Assembly: GCF_018350175.1 (NCBI RefSeq)
Contig: NC_058368.1
Coordinates: forward strand, 145,888,001 to 145,952,000
DNA: 64,000 nt
DNA from: Felis catus
Lineage: Eukaryota
Reading direction: 5' to 3'
Of the stretch, positions 1 to 12,996 are shown in pieces. The first letter of the stretch is position 1. Each line of letters opens with the position of its first letter. A model generated the notes under the pieces. It was not told the origin of the DNA, ran no database searches, and was given only the letters and a program-made list of their open reading frames with translations. A program made the translations under genes and the position numbers.

Positions 1-613
1 CTAAATATGCAATTACCATATAATCCAATAGTTGCACTTTGCTCTCTTATCTGTGTATCCCAAAGAAGTGAGACTTAAATTTGCACGAGAACCTGTATAC
101 AATGCTTGCAGCAGCTTTATTCATAACAGCCCCAAATTGGAAACAACTCAGATGTTTTATAATAGGTGAATGGTTAAATGTACTCTAGTAGATCCATACC
201 ATGGAATATTACTCAGTGAGAGTACTGAGAACAAGATGCTAATACAAGAAGTAATCTGAGTGAATATCCAGAGAATTATGCCAAATGGAAAAGCCTATCC
301 CAAAAGGTTACATATTGTATAATTCCATTTACAGAACATTCACGAAAGGACAAAAGCTAGAATTGGAGAGCAAATTAGTGGCTGTCAGGATTTAAGGTGA
401 GAGTAAGGTGTGAGGGAAGGATGCAGCTATAAAAGCGCAACAGGAAAGACTGATGGAAATGTCCTGTATCTGACTGTATCAATGTCAAGATCCTAGTCAT
501 GATATTGTACTATAGTTCTGTAAGATGTTGTTATTGGAGAGAGTGCTAGAGAAATGGTACACAGGCTCTCTCTCTGCAGGTGAATCTATAGTTATGTTAA
601 AATAAAAAGGCTT
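1..613 (+). mobile_element. LINE-1 3' end, old L1MC1-like fragment (runs off the window start)
   Basis: L1 3' UTR motifs (ccccaaattggaaacaactcagatg; aaaaggttacatattgtataattccattta; tgatattgtactatagtt; tgaatctatagttatgttaaaataaaaa); homologous to the L1 end at 48.2-48.8 kb. Confidence 0.85.
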
Positions 614-614
614 A

Positions 615-810
615 GGGGCTCAGTTGGTTGAGTGTCTGACCTCAGGTCATGATCTCATGGTTTGTGAGTTCAAGCCCTGCATCAGGCTTGCTGCTATCAG
701 CTCAGAGCTTGCTTTGGATCCTCTGTCCACACCCCCCTCGCCCCCACCCTCTGCCCCTTTCTTACTCATGCTCTCTCTCTCAAAAATGAATAAACATTAA
801 TAAAAACATA
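615..810 (+). mobile_element. CAN-SINE (SINEC), small 5' deletion
   Basis: ggggctcagttggttgag...tcaggtcatgatctc head, CT-rich part, A tail; TSD aaataaaa(a)ggctta on both sides. Confidence 0.92.
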
Positions 811-889
811 AAATAAAAGGCTTAAACAAATAAATAACATAAAACAAAAAGGTTGATTAGAATACAGTTTGTCTCTTAAAAAACAGCAA

Positions 890-1090
890 GGGGCACCTGG
901 GTGGCTCAGTTGGTTGAACATCTGACTTCAGTCCAGGTCATGATCTCATGGTTCATGAGTTCGAGCCCCACATGAGGCTCACTGCTGTCAGCATGGGAGC
1001 CTGCTTCTGATCCTCTGTCTCCCTCTCTCTCTGCCCCTCCCCTGCTCCTTGTTCAGTTCTCTCTCTCAAAAATGAGTAAACATTTAAAAA
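890..1090 (+). mobile_element. CAN-SINE (SINEC)
   Basis: ggggcacctgggtggctcagttggtt head, B-box-like gagttcgagccc, (CT)n and A tail. Confidence 0.95.
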
Positions 1091-1439
1091 GAATAACAAC
1101 AGAAAACCCACCCTTGTCCTCAGAAGCTATTTGGCTTTTTTTTCTAGTCAAAAGGCTACAGGCTTTCCTTAGTGAATTTTTAGAGTCCGGTTATCATAAG
1201 AAAGGAAAGAGAAAGCAAGATGAAGGAGATGAAAAAATAAATAAATAAAAAGGAAGGCATTTACATGTTTAGCATGTTGATTAAATAGATCACTATCCAT
1301 TCATGAAGTAAATGCAACTGTTAAAAAGTCAGCTTTTTATAAAAGAATACTTCCTAATTGGAAAAATGTGTCATATGTATTAGTACATTAAAACAGAACT
1401 AAAAATACACAGTATTATAAGATATATATTAACATCCCT

Positions 1440-1740
1440 GAGTTCATTCAACAAATCCTGCATATTCAATAAAAAAAATGTACTAAGGTACTTGTGCCAT
1501 GCACTGGGGATAAAACCATGAGCAGAGAATTTTCCTAATGGAACTCACAGTATATTGATACATGGATTTCTTTCCTTTAACATCATTATATTCAAATTTT
1601 CAGTAAGTATTTATTGAGTACTGATTCTGTGCTCAGTACTCTGAAAAGTTTCCTGTGGGATCCAAAGGGCATATTTTATGTAGTTTGTGACCTTAAAGTG
1701 ATTATAATTTGGGTGGAGGGACAAGATTCATGAACACATA
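1440..1740 (-). mobile_element. L2 3' end fragments
   Basis: ttcattcaacaaat, catattcaataaa, tatttattgagtactg and gtgccatgcactggggata match the reverse of the L2 terminus. Confidence 0.55.
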
Positions 1741-4429
1741 ATAAAAATCAGAGAACAGTACAGTGTAGAGTATATGTCTGCCTTGTTGTAAGTTTTCACA
1801 TCTGAGACCTCATTCTGGATGGGCGTGGGGAATGGTTAACCCTGCTGAGTGTGCCCAGACACCTCACGGGTCAGTAGTGACAGAGGGAAACAGAATCTCC
1901 CACGGTTGACTCTTGGCCTGAGTCTCTCTCTGTGGCCAATGCCTCACTGATTCTTCAAAGTCAGTTTTGTTTGAGCCATCTTTGCCGTGACTGTGCCCCT
2001 CCTCGCTGACATTAGTATTTCATTTCAATGTGGTCTGTGCACTTTCTGAATTTGAATTGGCTGAGCCTGAGCCCAACTTCCCTGCAACATTCTTTACTCC
2101 CTTTCCAAAAGAATTGGTAAAAGCGTTTGACCCCTTTTATATGTTGGTGACACCACTGAGCACATTAAAACCCTCTCTGTAAGTAAACCCAAGGACAGCC
2201 TTGGAATTCTTTTTCCAGCACCGATTCTCTAGTGGCTGATAAAGATATTCCCTGAAGCAGTTATGACAGCCTGGAGAGGCACAAGCTGCAGCGAATGATG
2301 TGTTTCCACAGTGGCATATGAAAGGGAAGTCTTTCATTTAAGGGTGTGGAAAATGGCACATGTAGGCGAGACTCTAGGACATTCAGCTGACAATGCCATT
2401 AAAAACTCTTGGTATATACTTTCAGAAATAGAGCATTACTGCTTGGCACAGCTATCACTATACATTGGAGAGAAAAAGATGACATAGTTCATTATGTAGT
2501 TTCTATGTATGCTTTCTATTTAAGGGATTAAGAGACATTTGCCTCCATGTCTGTTAAGCACCGCGTGAACTAAGACTTTGTCATTAGCAGAAAAAGACAT
2601 GGTTGCTATTGGCTCTCAGGAACCTAAGCACTTTCACATACTTCCACAACTCCCAGTTCCATGAAGACCATAATTTTTTGGACATTGTTCAGTGAATGGG
2701 TGGAAATTGTTTGCAATGAGTCTCACTCAGCAACTCAGAGTGAACTGCTCTGTGTTCTGTTTCGTCCTAGTGTATGGAATAAGCCTTAATAAAATTCACA
2801 TGCCTAAGAACTGTGGTTGCCTGTGAAACGATTTCATCCAACAATGAAATATTTGGATTGGCTGCCGTGCACTACCAGCTGGCTAAACATTGGTAAAGCT
2901 GGGCGTATTGAAATGGCGTCATTAGTAGAAGTTGGCATACAGTTCACCAAGATACAGCACTATAACAGGACTGTGTCTAGCAAATAATGGGAAATAGTGT
3001 AAGAGGCAAGGTAAAGCCTCAAGCCTACAATATTCATAAAGTGCTTTGCAGTTGCAAGTGGACTTTCTAAAGAGCCACTTTTCTTCCTTTTGAAAAGTTT
3101 ACTTGTATATCAAACATCATGATACCTTGATAAAAAAGGAAAATGTTCCTTTAAGGAAACAATGGTGGTTTGTTAGGAGCCCCAGACCAAATTTCCCAAG
3201 AGACCATCTTACTGTTATTGTTTAAGTCATACTGACCTGGGGTTCAGAAAATGCAATCTCAGCAGCAGGCTTTATTCTCTTTACATGTTCGCTGTCTCCC
3301 ATGACAAGCCTTCAGGGTTACAAAAAAATGTACACTGAAAACTCTCATTGTTTGTTTTTCCTGAAGTTCCCTATAAAATGTCAGTATCTTTGAAGGGGTT
3401 CTCCTTGAATTGAACTCCTGAGGTTGGAGATTTACCAGGTTGATTTAGGAGTTTGAAATCCTGCCTTGTTTCCATAAAATGAGGATTTACAGTTCATAAA
3501 TATAATGACAAAAGTGTGAAGATACATTTTTGTTCTTGAAAAACTATTGGAACAAAGTTACTTTTCATTAAAAAAAAAAAGCCCAAGCACTGCCATTTTC
3601 TTCAGACTGAAATCTATTCTGGCTTTGTGAAGTGGCTTTTTATTGCCACTTGTTCAAGATGGTCTCCCCTCACCACCCCCACCCCGCCTGCCTCACCATC
3701 CCCCACTTCATGAGGAGCCTCTTCCTCCCTAAGGTACACAGATGGAGAGAGGAATTGAGCTCTAGGACATATAACCAGTGACAAGCATAAAGAAATGAAA
3801 GGAAAATGTGTGGTAAGGTAAAGAATATTCCTTCTGTTTACCTCTTCCTGCGTGGGTTCAACTTCCAGATCATTATAGTCTGGTTCTAATATTTACTCTC
3901 AAATTGTTAGCTTCATTCTTTTTCACATATGGCAGCAAATAACTGGGCTATTAATTGACATTAAACTGTCTATTCTGACTAACTTTTTGGGGAAAGAAAA
4001 ATATGCCATGCTCTGGCCTTATACAGTGTTACAGAGAACAGTAAGGAAATTGTGTCACTAATGGATCTTCTCAATAGATGATAGAAGTGGTGTGAGACTA
4101 CTCCTTGCATATTTCTGAAGGAAAAAAAGCCTGGGTTGAACAATAGCAATGTATTCGTGAGCCTGGGGGAAATCTCTGGACTTTCTTTCAATTTAGTTGT
4201 AAATTGAATTGACATGATTTCCAAACTGAGGATAAATGTTGTAGCTTACCTTGAGGTTAAAGAAAGGACAGCCTTTTTCTTTACCCTAATTTGATTACTT
4301 TATCCCAGTTCTTAGAAAGGGAGACTCATGGCTCCATTCTGATGTGAGTAAACATTTTGCTCCATAATTTTCTAGTAACCCAGAAGGACGGAGGAGGGGT
4401 TGTTCCCCCCACCCTCTTGATATTCATAT

Positions 4430-4760
4430 TCATAAGTGAGAAACTGTGTTCTAGTCCTGGATTCACTACTGGCAATAATTTATTATTCACGTTATGACAC
4501 CTTGAGGGTGAAAGGTATGTAATACTTACACCAGGACAATAGGCATAAACCAAGACTGTCTTTGGAAAACTGGGATACATGGTCATTCTACCACTTACTG
4601 TGTGTTTGGACAAACGAATCCACCTCCTAAAGGTTCTAGTTCCTCTTTTATAAGAGGTAAATAACAATAAGTTCTCTATATTATAGGATTATTGTAAAAA
4701 TATAATGAAATAATATATGTACAAGAACTTTGTGAGCTGTGAACTATGAAACCATACACA
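4430..4760 (+). mobile_element. MIR interrupted by MER81
   Basis: MIR core pieces gttctagtcctggattcact and ccacttactgtgtgtttggacaa...ataggattattgtaaaaatataatgaaataatatatgta. Confidence 0.65.
4467..4590. mobile_element. MER81 (hAT-Blackjack MITE)
   Basis: gacaccttgagggtgaaagg...ccaggacaataggcataaaccaagactgtc...aaactgggatacatggtcattcta resembles the recalled MER81 consensus. Confidence 0.7.
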
Positions 4761-4913
4761 ATGCAAGTGAAATCATGATAATAAATCCTATCAGCTGTAG
4801 CTGGAGAAAACTCTCAGAGAAACATCTCTGTATGTCTTCTGGGACTAGAGCAGAGATTTGAAAGCAACAATTGTGGATATAAACCCAGATAAGATTAGGG
4901 TTTCTAAGGGAAT

Positions 4914-4934
4914 TTTTTTTAATGCTTATTTATC

Positions 4935-4977
<43 letters not shown>

Positions 4978-5137
4978 AGGAGAGGGGCAGAGAGAGAGGG
5001 AGACCCAGAATCTGAAGCAGGTTCCAAGCTCTGAGCTGTCAGCACAGAACCCAACGCTAGGCTCAAACCCACAAACCATGAGATCATAACCTGAACCAAA
5101 GTTGGATGCTCAACTGACTGAGTGACTGAGGTGCCCC
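4914..5137 (-). mobile_element. CAN-SINE (SINEC) with expanded (GA)19 tract
   Basis: reverse SINE ending gtgcccc; degenerate TSD tctaagggaat / tctgaggaaat; GA run 4938-4975. Confidence 0.93.
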
Positions 5138-6329
5138 TCTGAGGAAATATTGAAGGAACTAAATTAAGTGGACTGTTTTTTATAGTCTTTTCTGTTAAAC
5201 CAATATAATTTTTAGTAAGAAGTAGGCCATAATGTGAGAAGAAGATTGTTTGGGAAAGTATTAATAGGAAATGTTGAGGATCCTGATGACACAGTTAGAC
5301 AAGCTGTATCTTTGTATATTTAGAATCTGACCTGAAATATAAAAGTATGACATTTTAAAGAATTAACTTTGGTGTATATTAAAACTCAAGGACTCTTAGT
5401 CCTTCTCATGTTGTAATTTGATGGTTTTTTGGCCTAATTTTGCTGATCAGCCTCAGGCCCTCTACCTCATTGTGGGTTTTTTGCAGGATGAGAAGGAATC
5501 AGGATGACTTCTATAGAGCTCCTACCCCCAAGCCTACAACTGTGTTCATGGTCCACGTAGCCCAAACCCTCTCAACCATCTGCTCAGCCTACTGGCCATA
5601 GTTCTCTATTAAGCAACTGGAAGTCGGTCATTAACAAATACCTTCTGTTGGCTTACATGACCATGACCAAGAAACTTCAACTGGCAGTTTGAGGTCATAC
5701 AAGACATTTGATTTTTTTATGTTGTAACAAATTCAACTCATAGACACTATCATATAAGCACTATATATGGGTTGATTAAATCATGCTAATGCAAGGTCAT
5801 GGACAGCTATACACAAATAAGGAGGTTATTTTATTTTTTGCCCAATAAGGTTCTAGCTCTGTAAGCATCCCTTTAAATCATCCAACAGATATCTTGTAAC
5901 ATCTGTTAAGTAGGAAACGGGGCTAGTTAAGTGATCAACAAAAATGTGTGTGTCTTCTCCATAGAAAGAGCTGAGTCCTAAGAAGCTGCTGCCCACCTAG
6001 GATCTTGATTTTCTGCCACACCTGGCATAGGGAGAGACTAGTTTCTAGTTCTTGACCATGAAACATGAGTGGATGTGAAGTATTCTCCTCCAGTCTCATC
6101 CCATATACTGGTTGAATCAGAATGTCTGTAAGATCCTGGAAGAGGGAGAGTCCATAAGGTAAAAAGAGCCAAGCCTGAATAACCATATGGATGGCTACTA
6201 GCCAAGGAAATTAATAGGATTGAGAAATATAGCTCTGTTGTGTTAAGATATGAGGGGTTATCTATTAGAGAAACTGATGTGATGTTAAGTAATACAACTA
6301 GGCACTGGGATTTTATTTGTAATCTATGT

Positions 6330-6520
6330 GTTTCACAAGATACTTGATATAACCTACTAAGAATACACACAATTAAATAACAAGGAAATAGAAATAGGAA
6401 AACCTAAATTAGAATATAAGCCAAGATCAGTGGCAATTTAGAGCAGAAATATTCAGGCTATACGTGAATATTAAATTGAGCCACAAATTTGGCTCTTGAC
6501 TCCTGGAAACCAAAGCAATT
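6330..6520. mobile_element. Possible L4/RTE-X ancient LINE fragment
   Basis: gccacaaatttggctcttgactcctggaaaccaaagc resembles a motif recalled from L4 consensus. Confidence 0.3.
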
Positions 6521-6533
6521 CTAAAAATAAATT

Positions 6534-6744
6534 AAGAAAAATTTAATGTTTATTTTTCAGAGAGAGACAGAGACAGAGTGTGAGCGGGGGGAGGGGCAGA
6601 GAGCAGGGGAGACACAGAATCCAAAGCAGCTCCCGACTCTGAGCTGTCAGCACAGAGCCCAACATAGGCCTCAAATCCATGAACCGTGAGATCATAACCT
6701 GAGTTGAAGTTGGACACTTACTGACTGAGCCATTCAGATGCCCC
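6534..6744 (-). mobile_element. CAN-SINE (SINEC)
   Basis: reverse SINE body; TSD taaaaataaatt at 6522-6533 and 6745-6756. Confidence 0.95.
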
Positions 6745-6989
6745 TAAAAATAAATTTTAAAGGTGTATGACTCATATTGTCTATAAGGTGAAAACATACT
6801 AATTTTTAAGGCAAAGGAAAAAATGTCCTGACACTTCAATTTGAAAAAAAAAATTATTTGATGAGTGTCATATACTCAGAATACTGAGTTAATAGTGAAT
6901 AGCGTCCTCAACCACATGTTTTACTAAACATAAATAGTGACATTTGTAGAGAAATTTCTTGTAGGTTATTGGTATCCATCACAGGGCAG

Positions 6990-7150
6990 CTTGCCAATGT
7001 GATTCTGGTAGTGGTAGCCAGGTACAGAGATAAATAAGACGTATATCTTGAACTGGAGAAATTCATTTTCTAGTGGGAAAGATAGATATGTTACACAGTA
7101 AATTAAATGCAGAGTGATAACTACTGAAAGAGAAGTATTAATCAGCATAT
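6990..7150 (-). mobile_element. L2 fragment
   Basis: ggtacagagataaataagac...ggagaaattcattttctagtgggaaagataga resembles reversed L2 near-3' region. Confidence 0.5.
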
Positions 7151-7369
7151 TCTAGACAGCTCTATAAAGCTTTCTTTCTTTCCAAAAAGCTGCAAAGACT
7201 AACAGCCACATTTTTGTCGGTTTTATTTATTTCGTTTTCCAAGATAAGAATATGGGACTTTCTAGATACAGAGTTACTTCTAAGGTGGCAACTCAAAAGT
7301 TTCTGACTGTTGTCTCTGCAGACAGCCCTGAGGGAACATGAGGAAGGGTAAGCAGCTGCTGCAGAAAGG

Positions 7370-7520
7370 TATGGGCTTTAGATCACGTTTCGGGGCTGAA
7401 TTCCAGCCCTCACATTTATTAGTCGCATAACCTTGTACAAGTTCCTTCAATCCCTAGCCATATTTTGCCACAAAATGACATAATGATTTCTAACTCAAAG
7501 ATAATGTATGTGGAGAGTTT
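7370..7520 (+). mobile_element. MIR
   Basis: gggctttagatca...tgaattccagccctcacatttattagtcgcataaccttgtacaagttccttc. Confidence 0.65.
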
Positions 7521-7704
7521 GATAGTTCATCTAATCATACATATATCCAGTCACTTATCTCTGGATAAAAGACGATAAACAGCTTTTCTTCCATGTTTTC
7601 CCAAATCCTGATTTTGACTTCTTTTTAGAGGAAAGAAGTGAATGACAAAAAACCCTTGCATTCCTTGAATCTCTGCATGTATCCTTTGGTCAGTTCAAAG
7701 CCAA

Positions 7705-7890
7705 CAGTGTTTCTCCAACCATGCTATTACGATCACCTGCATAAAAAGTTCTAGAAATATTCCTGTTGGCACTTGCTCTTGGGCTTCATTCTATCATACT
7801 GAATCAGAATGACTGGGGAAGGGCAGGGAACCTGTATCTTAAACAAATTCTCCGGGTAATTTTATGAACACTGAAGTTTGAGAACCATTG
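7705..7890. mobile_element. MER5A-like hAT-Charlie MITE
   Basis: termini cagtgtttctccaac / gtttgagaaccattg; internal tactgaatcagaa and ctgtatcttaaacaaattctccgggtaatt. Confidence 0.8.
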
Positions 7891-8074
7891 CCTTTACCAT
7901 CTAGACTTGAAATACTTCAGTGAGAATGGCTACTGGCATTATGAACATTGAGAAATCATAGTATCTGAAGCCACAAAAGAAGGATCTTTATATATTCACT
8001 ATATTTTCTTTTTTTTTTTTGCATGTGTTTTAGGGCATTTTAGGCAGAACTTTATTTTAAATTCCTGACTTACC

Positions 8075-8725
8075 TATTTTTTTAAATTTTTATTCTTTAA
8101 ATTTAGTAGATATAAATGTTCTGTTAGTTTCAGGTGCACAACATAGTGATTCAACAATTCTGTACGTTACCCAGAGCTCACCTGGATAAGTATAGTTAAA
8201 ATCTATCACCCTACAATGGTATTACAATATTATTGACTATATTCCCTATGCTTTACTTCTCATCTCTGTGACTTATTTTTTTGATGTTCGGAATGTTGTA
8301 CTTCTTAATTCTCTTCACCTATTTTGCCCATTCCCCACACCCCTGGCAACTACCAGTTTGTTCTCTATTTTTATATTTTACATATAAATCTGTTTCTGTT
8401 TTCATTTGTTTATTCATTTGTTTTGTTTTTCAAGTTCCACATATAAGTGAAATCACGTGGTATTTGTCTTTCTCTGACTGACTCATTTCATTTAGCATAA
8501 TACACTCTAGGTCCATCCATGTTATTGCAAATGGTGAGATCTCATTATTTCTTAAAGCTGAGTAATAATCCATTATATATACCACATTTTCTTTATACCT
8601 ATTCATCTATTGAGTATGTTGCTTCCATATCTTGACTGTTGTGAATAATGCTGCAGTAAACAAAGGGATACATATGTCTTTTCAAATTAATGTTTTCATT
8701 TTCTTTGGGAAAATTCCCAGCAGAT
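8075..8725 (-). mobile_element. LINE-1 3' end, Carnivora L1_Carn-like, 5'-truncated
   Basis: T-rich tail then ttagtttcaggtgcacaacatagtgattc...ccacatataagtgaaatcacgtggtatttgtctttctctgactg...tccatccatgttattgcaaatgg. Confidence 0.92.
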
Positions 8726-9389
8726 ATTCGCCATAGTTTTGTTTTAAAGCAGGAAAGTTCTCTTCCCATATTATTTTAATATTGGTATTAAATATGAGAT
8801 ACTAGAATATGAACAATGATATGATAAGCAGTCATGAAAGGAGTTGATTGCAAACAACTGAATTTTCAAAAATATTAACCTGACACATAGAAAGCATGGA
8901 GATTACATAAATAATCTTTATAACATGATGTTATTAATTTTTTATAGCTACATTTTTAGCCTTCTCTCTTCGATAAGTCTCTACTTATGCCTACTAGAAG
9001 CATCAACATGGGCTCTGATACTTGATACCATGTATAATTAATTCTTATCATATACACTGGTGATTATATTCAGTTACTAGATGAAAGGACCTGTCTTTAG
9101 AAGGAGAATTTTTAAGACTTGAAGCTGCAGATGAAAGAAATCATTGTATGTCTCAACGACTCTACTCCCCTTGGCTTCGTAAACCAATTCTGATCACTCC
9201 TATATTTCCTAACAGAGTTACTTCTGAACTCTTCTTCACCATGATTCTACTACATGGAGACCAACTCTGATAAACCTAGTGCTGAGTTGTATTGAATTAC
9301 AGAACTTCTTGTCACAAAACATACAAACAGGAAAACAGTGAGAGAGCATTTGTAAAGTGCTAAGATAAAATATTTCAACCTAGAATTCC

Positions 9390-9604
9390 TATTTTTAATG
9401 TTTATTTATTTTGAGAGACAGAGACAGAGAGCATGAGCATGATCAGGGGAGGGGCAGAAAGAGAGGGAGGCACAGAATCTGAAGCAGGCTCCAGGCTCCG
9501 AGCTGTCAGCACAGCGCCCAACGCGTGGCTGGAGCTCACGAACCGTGAGATCATTACCTGAGTTGAAGTTGGCCATTTAACTGACTGAGCCACCCAGGTT
9601 CCCC
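9390..9604 (-). mobile_element. CAN-SINE (SINEC_Fc-like)
   Basis: reverse SINE; TSD caacctagaattc at 9376-9388 and 9607-9619. Confidence 0.95.
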
Positions 9605-11003
9605 AGCAACCTAGAATTCTATACCTACTAAAAGTATCTTCAAAAATGAAGGCAAAATAAAGACTTTTCCATCCAACCAAATCTGAAAAAATTCATAGCA
9701 AGCAGATTTACTCTAATAAAATATGTTAAAGGAAATTTTTTCAGGTGAGAAGGAAATGATGTCAGGTGGAAACTCAGGTCTTCACAAAAAAGTAAAGAAC
9801 AGAAAAATAGTGATTATGTATGTTTTAAGATATTTTACTTCTCATTTTTAATCTTGTTAAAAGGTAATTGGCTATATAAAGCAAAAATAATAAACAGTGT
9901 GTTGTAAGTTTCATTAACATGTAGAACTGAAATATGTACCAACAATAGCATAAAAGAGAAAGGGGGACATAATATTATTGGAAGGTAGGCTGTGATACCT
10001 TAAAGATGTATACTAAGAAGCTTGAAGAAACTACTAAAATAACGCAATGAAAGTTATAGCTAAGACAGTCAACAAAAGAAATGAAATAATATAAAATGCT
10101 CACCACAAAGGAAGACAGAAAAAAAGAAAGAGCTTATGGGATAAATATCAAAAACAAAGATGGTAGATTAAAACTTAACTATATTGATAGTTGTATTAAA
10201 TGAAGTTGGTCCATATACCCCTAGTAGATGGCAGAGACTGTCATTTTTGGATTATAAAAAGCAAGATCCAGTGATAACTGACATTTACGAAGTATTCTAC
10301 TCAACAAAAGAAAAATACACATTATTTTCCAAAACACATGGAACATTCATCAAAGTAGACTATATGCTGATTTATAAACCGAATCAACAAATTTAAGAGT
10401 ATTAAATTGTACAGAGTATGTTGTCTGAGTACAGTGGAATTAAATAAAATTGCTAGCAGAAAGATGTATGAAAAAAAAATCCCCAAATATTTGGAAATTA
10501 AATGACACATTTCTAAATAACTGATGGGCCAAAAATCAGAGAGACCTTAAAACAGAACAATAATAAAAATCCAACATACCAAATTTGTGCACTTAGAAAG
10601 AACTCTGTGGGATTACATAAAATTGAAAAGAAAAAAAATTTAAATCAATGACTCAAGATTTCACTTCCAGAAACTATGAATAAAAGAACAAATTAAATGT
10701 AAAGTAAGCAGGAGAATATAAAAAATAAAGAATGGAATAAATAGAAACAATAAAAAGCTGATTCTTTGAAAAGTCAATAAAATCAATAAAGCTGATAAAC
10801 TTACATCCAGATTGATGAAGAAAAGCAAAAGACACAGTTTACCAATATCAGGAATGAAAGATAGGACCTCACCACAGATCCTGTTGAATTTAATTAAAAG
10901 GAATATTTGAAAAAAACACGTCAATAAATGTGACAGCTTAAAGGAAATGAAAAATTTCTTGAAATATACTAGCTACCAGAGCTTACTTAAAAATGATAAC
11001 CTA

Positions 11004-11222
11004 GGGGCGCCTGGGTGGCTCAGTCGGTTAACCGTCGGACTTCAGCTCAGGTCACAATCTCGCGGTCCGTGGGTTCGAGCCCCGCGTCGAGCTCTGGGCT
11101 GATGGCTCAGAGCTTGGGGCCTGCTTCTGATTCTGTGTCTCCCTCTCTCTCTGCCCCTCCCCCATTCATGCTCTGTCTCTGTCTCAAAAAGAAATAAAAC
11201 GTTAAAAAAAAAATTTAAAAAA
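11004..11222 (+). mobile_element. CAN-SINE (SINEC_Fc-like, CpG-rich)
   Basis: ggggcgcctgggtggctcagtcggttaa head; TSD aaa(a/g)tgataaccta. Confidence 0.96.
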
Positions 11223-12095
11223 AAGTGATAACCTAAATAGTTCTATAGTCATGTAATTTTTTAAAAAATGGTTTCATAGTTAAAAACTTCCCATGAAAAG
11301 AATCCCAATTCTCAAATGATTTTTACTGTTAAATTTTACTAAAGAGTTAATGAAGAAATGATACAATTCTTATTGTTTTTACACAAAATTTTCCAGAAAA
11401 TACGAAGAGTGTTTTCTAACTCATTTTATGAGGTTCAAATTACTCTAATACTAAAACCAGACAAAAGCAATACAAGCAAAGAAAACTATAAACCAATATT
11501 AATTTGATGTTAAAAAAAAAAAGCAACAGAAACAACAACAAATCCTCACCAGGATTTTAGCAAATGAAATCTTGAAATATATAAAATGGATAATAGATCA
11601 TGATTAAGAGATTTTTAAACCAGGAATGTAAGGTGGGTATTTACATTAATAAATTAATCAATTTAATTTATTATATATAAATATGTGTGTGTAATCTCAA
11701 GAGATGCAGAATGAGGATTTGACAAATTTCAACATTTATTCATGATAAAAATATTCTTAGCAAATTAGGATTAGATTGAAATTTACTTAACCTAACAAAA
11801 AGCATCTACAAAAAAACTTTAGCTACTTAATATTCAGTTGTGAATGACTAAACACTTTTCCACTAAGATCAGAACCAAAGCTGGAATATCTACTGTCACC
11901 ACTTTATATCAGGTTCTTGTGAAATTAATTGAAAAACAGATAATCTTTATGTATGAACAGTTGAAAAAGAAATAAAAGTTTTTATTCACAAACAGTAAGT
12001 AAATAATCTATTATTTGAAGTTACTTGAAATAATAATCCTTGAGTTTAGCAAAGTCAAAGGGCACTAAGTCAATATATAAAATTCAGTTTAGTTT

Positions 12096-12165
12096 GGGGT
12101 GACTGGCTCAGTTGGTAGAGCGTGTGACTTCTTGGGCATGGAGCCTACTTAATTAATTAGTTTTT
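12096..12165 (+). mobile_element. Short internally deleted carnivore tRNA-derived SINE
   Basis: ggggtgactggctcagttggtagagcgtgtgact...gggcatggagcctacttaa; flanks aaaattcagtttagttt / aaaattcaatttaattt. Confidence 0.7.
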
Positions 12166-12271
12166 AAAAATTCAATTTAATTTTTATATATAAGTCAGAA
12201 ACAACAGGAAAATGAAAATTTTAAATACCATGTAAATGTCATCAAACTTTAGAATACTTAGTGATAAATTT

Positions 12272-12488
12272 GGGGGCACCTGGGTGGCTCAGTCGGTTAA
12301 TTTTCCAACTTTGGCTCAGGTCATGATCTTGTGGTTTGTGAGTTGGAGCCCCATATCAGTCTGTGTGCTGACAGCTCAAAGCCTGGAGCCTGCTTCCCAT
12401 TCTGTGTCTCCCTCTCTTTCTGCCCCTCCCCTGGTCACACTCTGTCTCTGTCTCTCTCAAAAATAAATAAACATTAAAAAAAATTAAA
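12272..12488 (+). mobile_element. CAN-SINE (SINEC)
   Basis: full head, body and aaataaataaacattaaaaa tail. Confidence 0.95.
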
Positions 12489-12546
12489 AAGTTATGTAGA
12501 AACCTGTAACACTGAAAAGTAAAACTCAATGAGGAAGAAATATTTT

Positions 12547-12996
12547 TTAAAAAGACTTAAAAATAGGGGCTCCTGGGTGGCTCAGTTGGTTGAGCGTCTG
12601 ACTTCGGCTCAGGTCATGATCTTGCACTCCAGGAGTTCAAGCCCCGCGTCCGGCTCTGTGCAGACAGCTCGGAGCCTGGAGCCTGTTTCCAATTCTGTGT
12701 CTCCCTCTCTCTCTGCCCCTCCCTTGCTCATGCTCTGTCTCTCTCACTCTCAAAAATGAATAAATGTTAAAAAAATTTTTTTTTAATATTTAAAAATAAA
12801 ATTTAAATATTTTATATTGATAGAGGGAGAGCATGCGTGAGCAAGGGAGGTGCAAAGAGAGGGAGAGAGAGAATCCCCAGCAGGCTCCACCGTCAGTGCA
12901 GAGGCCAAGGCAGGGCTCAATCTCATGTCCCTGAGATCATGACCCGAACCAAAATCAAGACTGGGACGCTTAACCAGCTGATTCACCCAGGTACCC
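12547..12996 (-). mobile_element. Older CAN-SINE whose tail hosts an opposite-strand SINE
   Basis: body 12800-12996; TSD aggaaga(a/t)atatttt at 12532-12546 and 12998-13012 brackets both elements. Confidence 0.85.
12566..12780 (+). mobile_element. CAN-SINE (SINEC_Fc-like), nested
   Basis: full-length; TSD ttaaaaata at 12557-12565 and 12790-12798. Confidence 0.95.
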
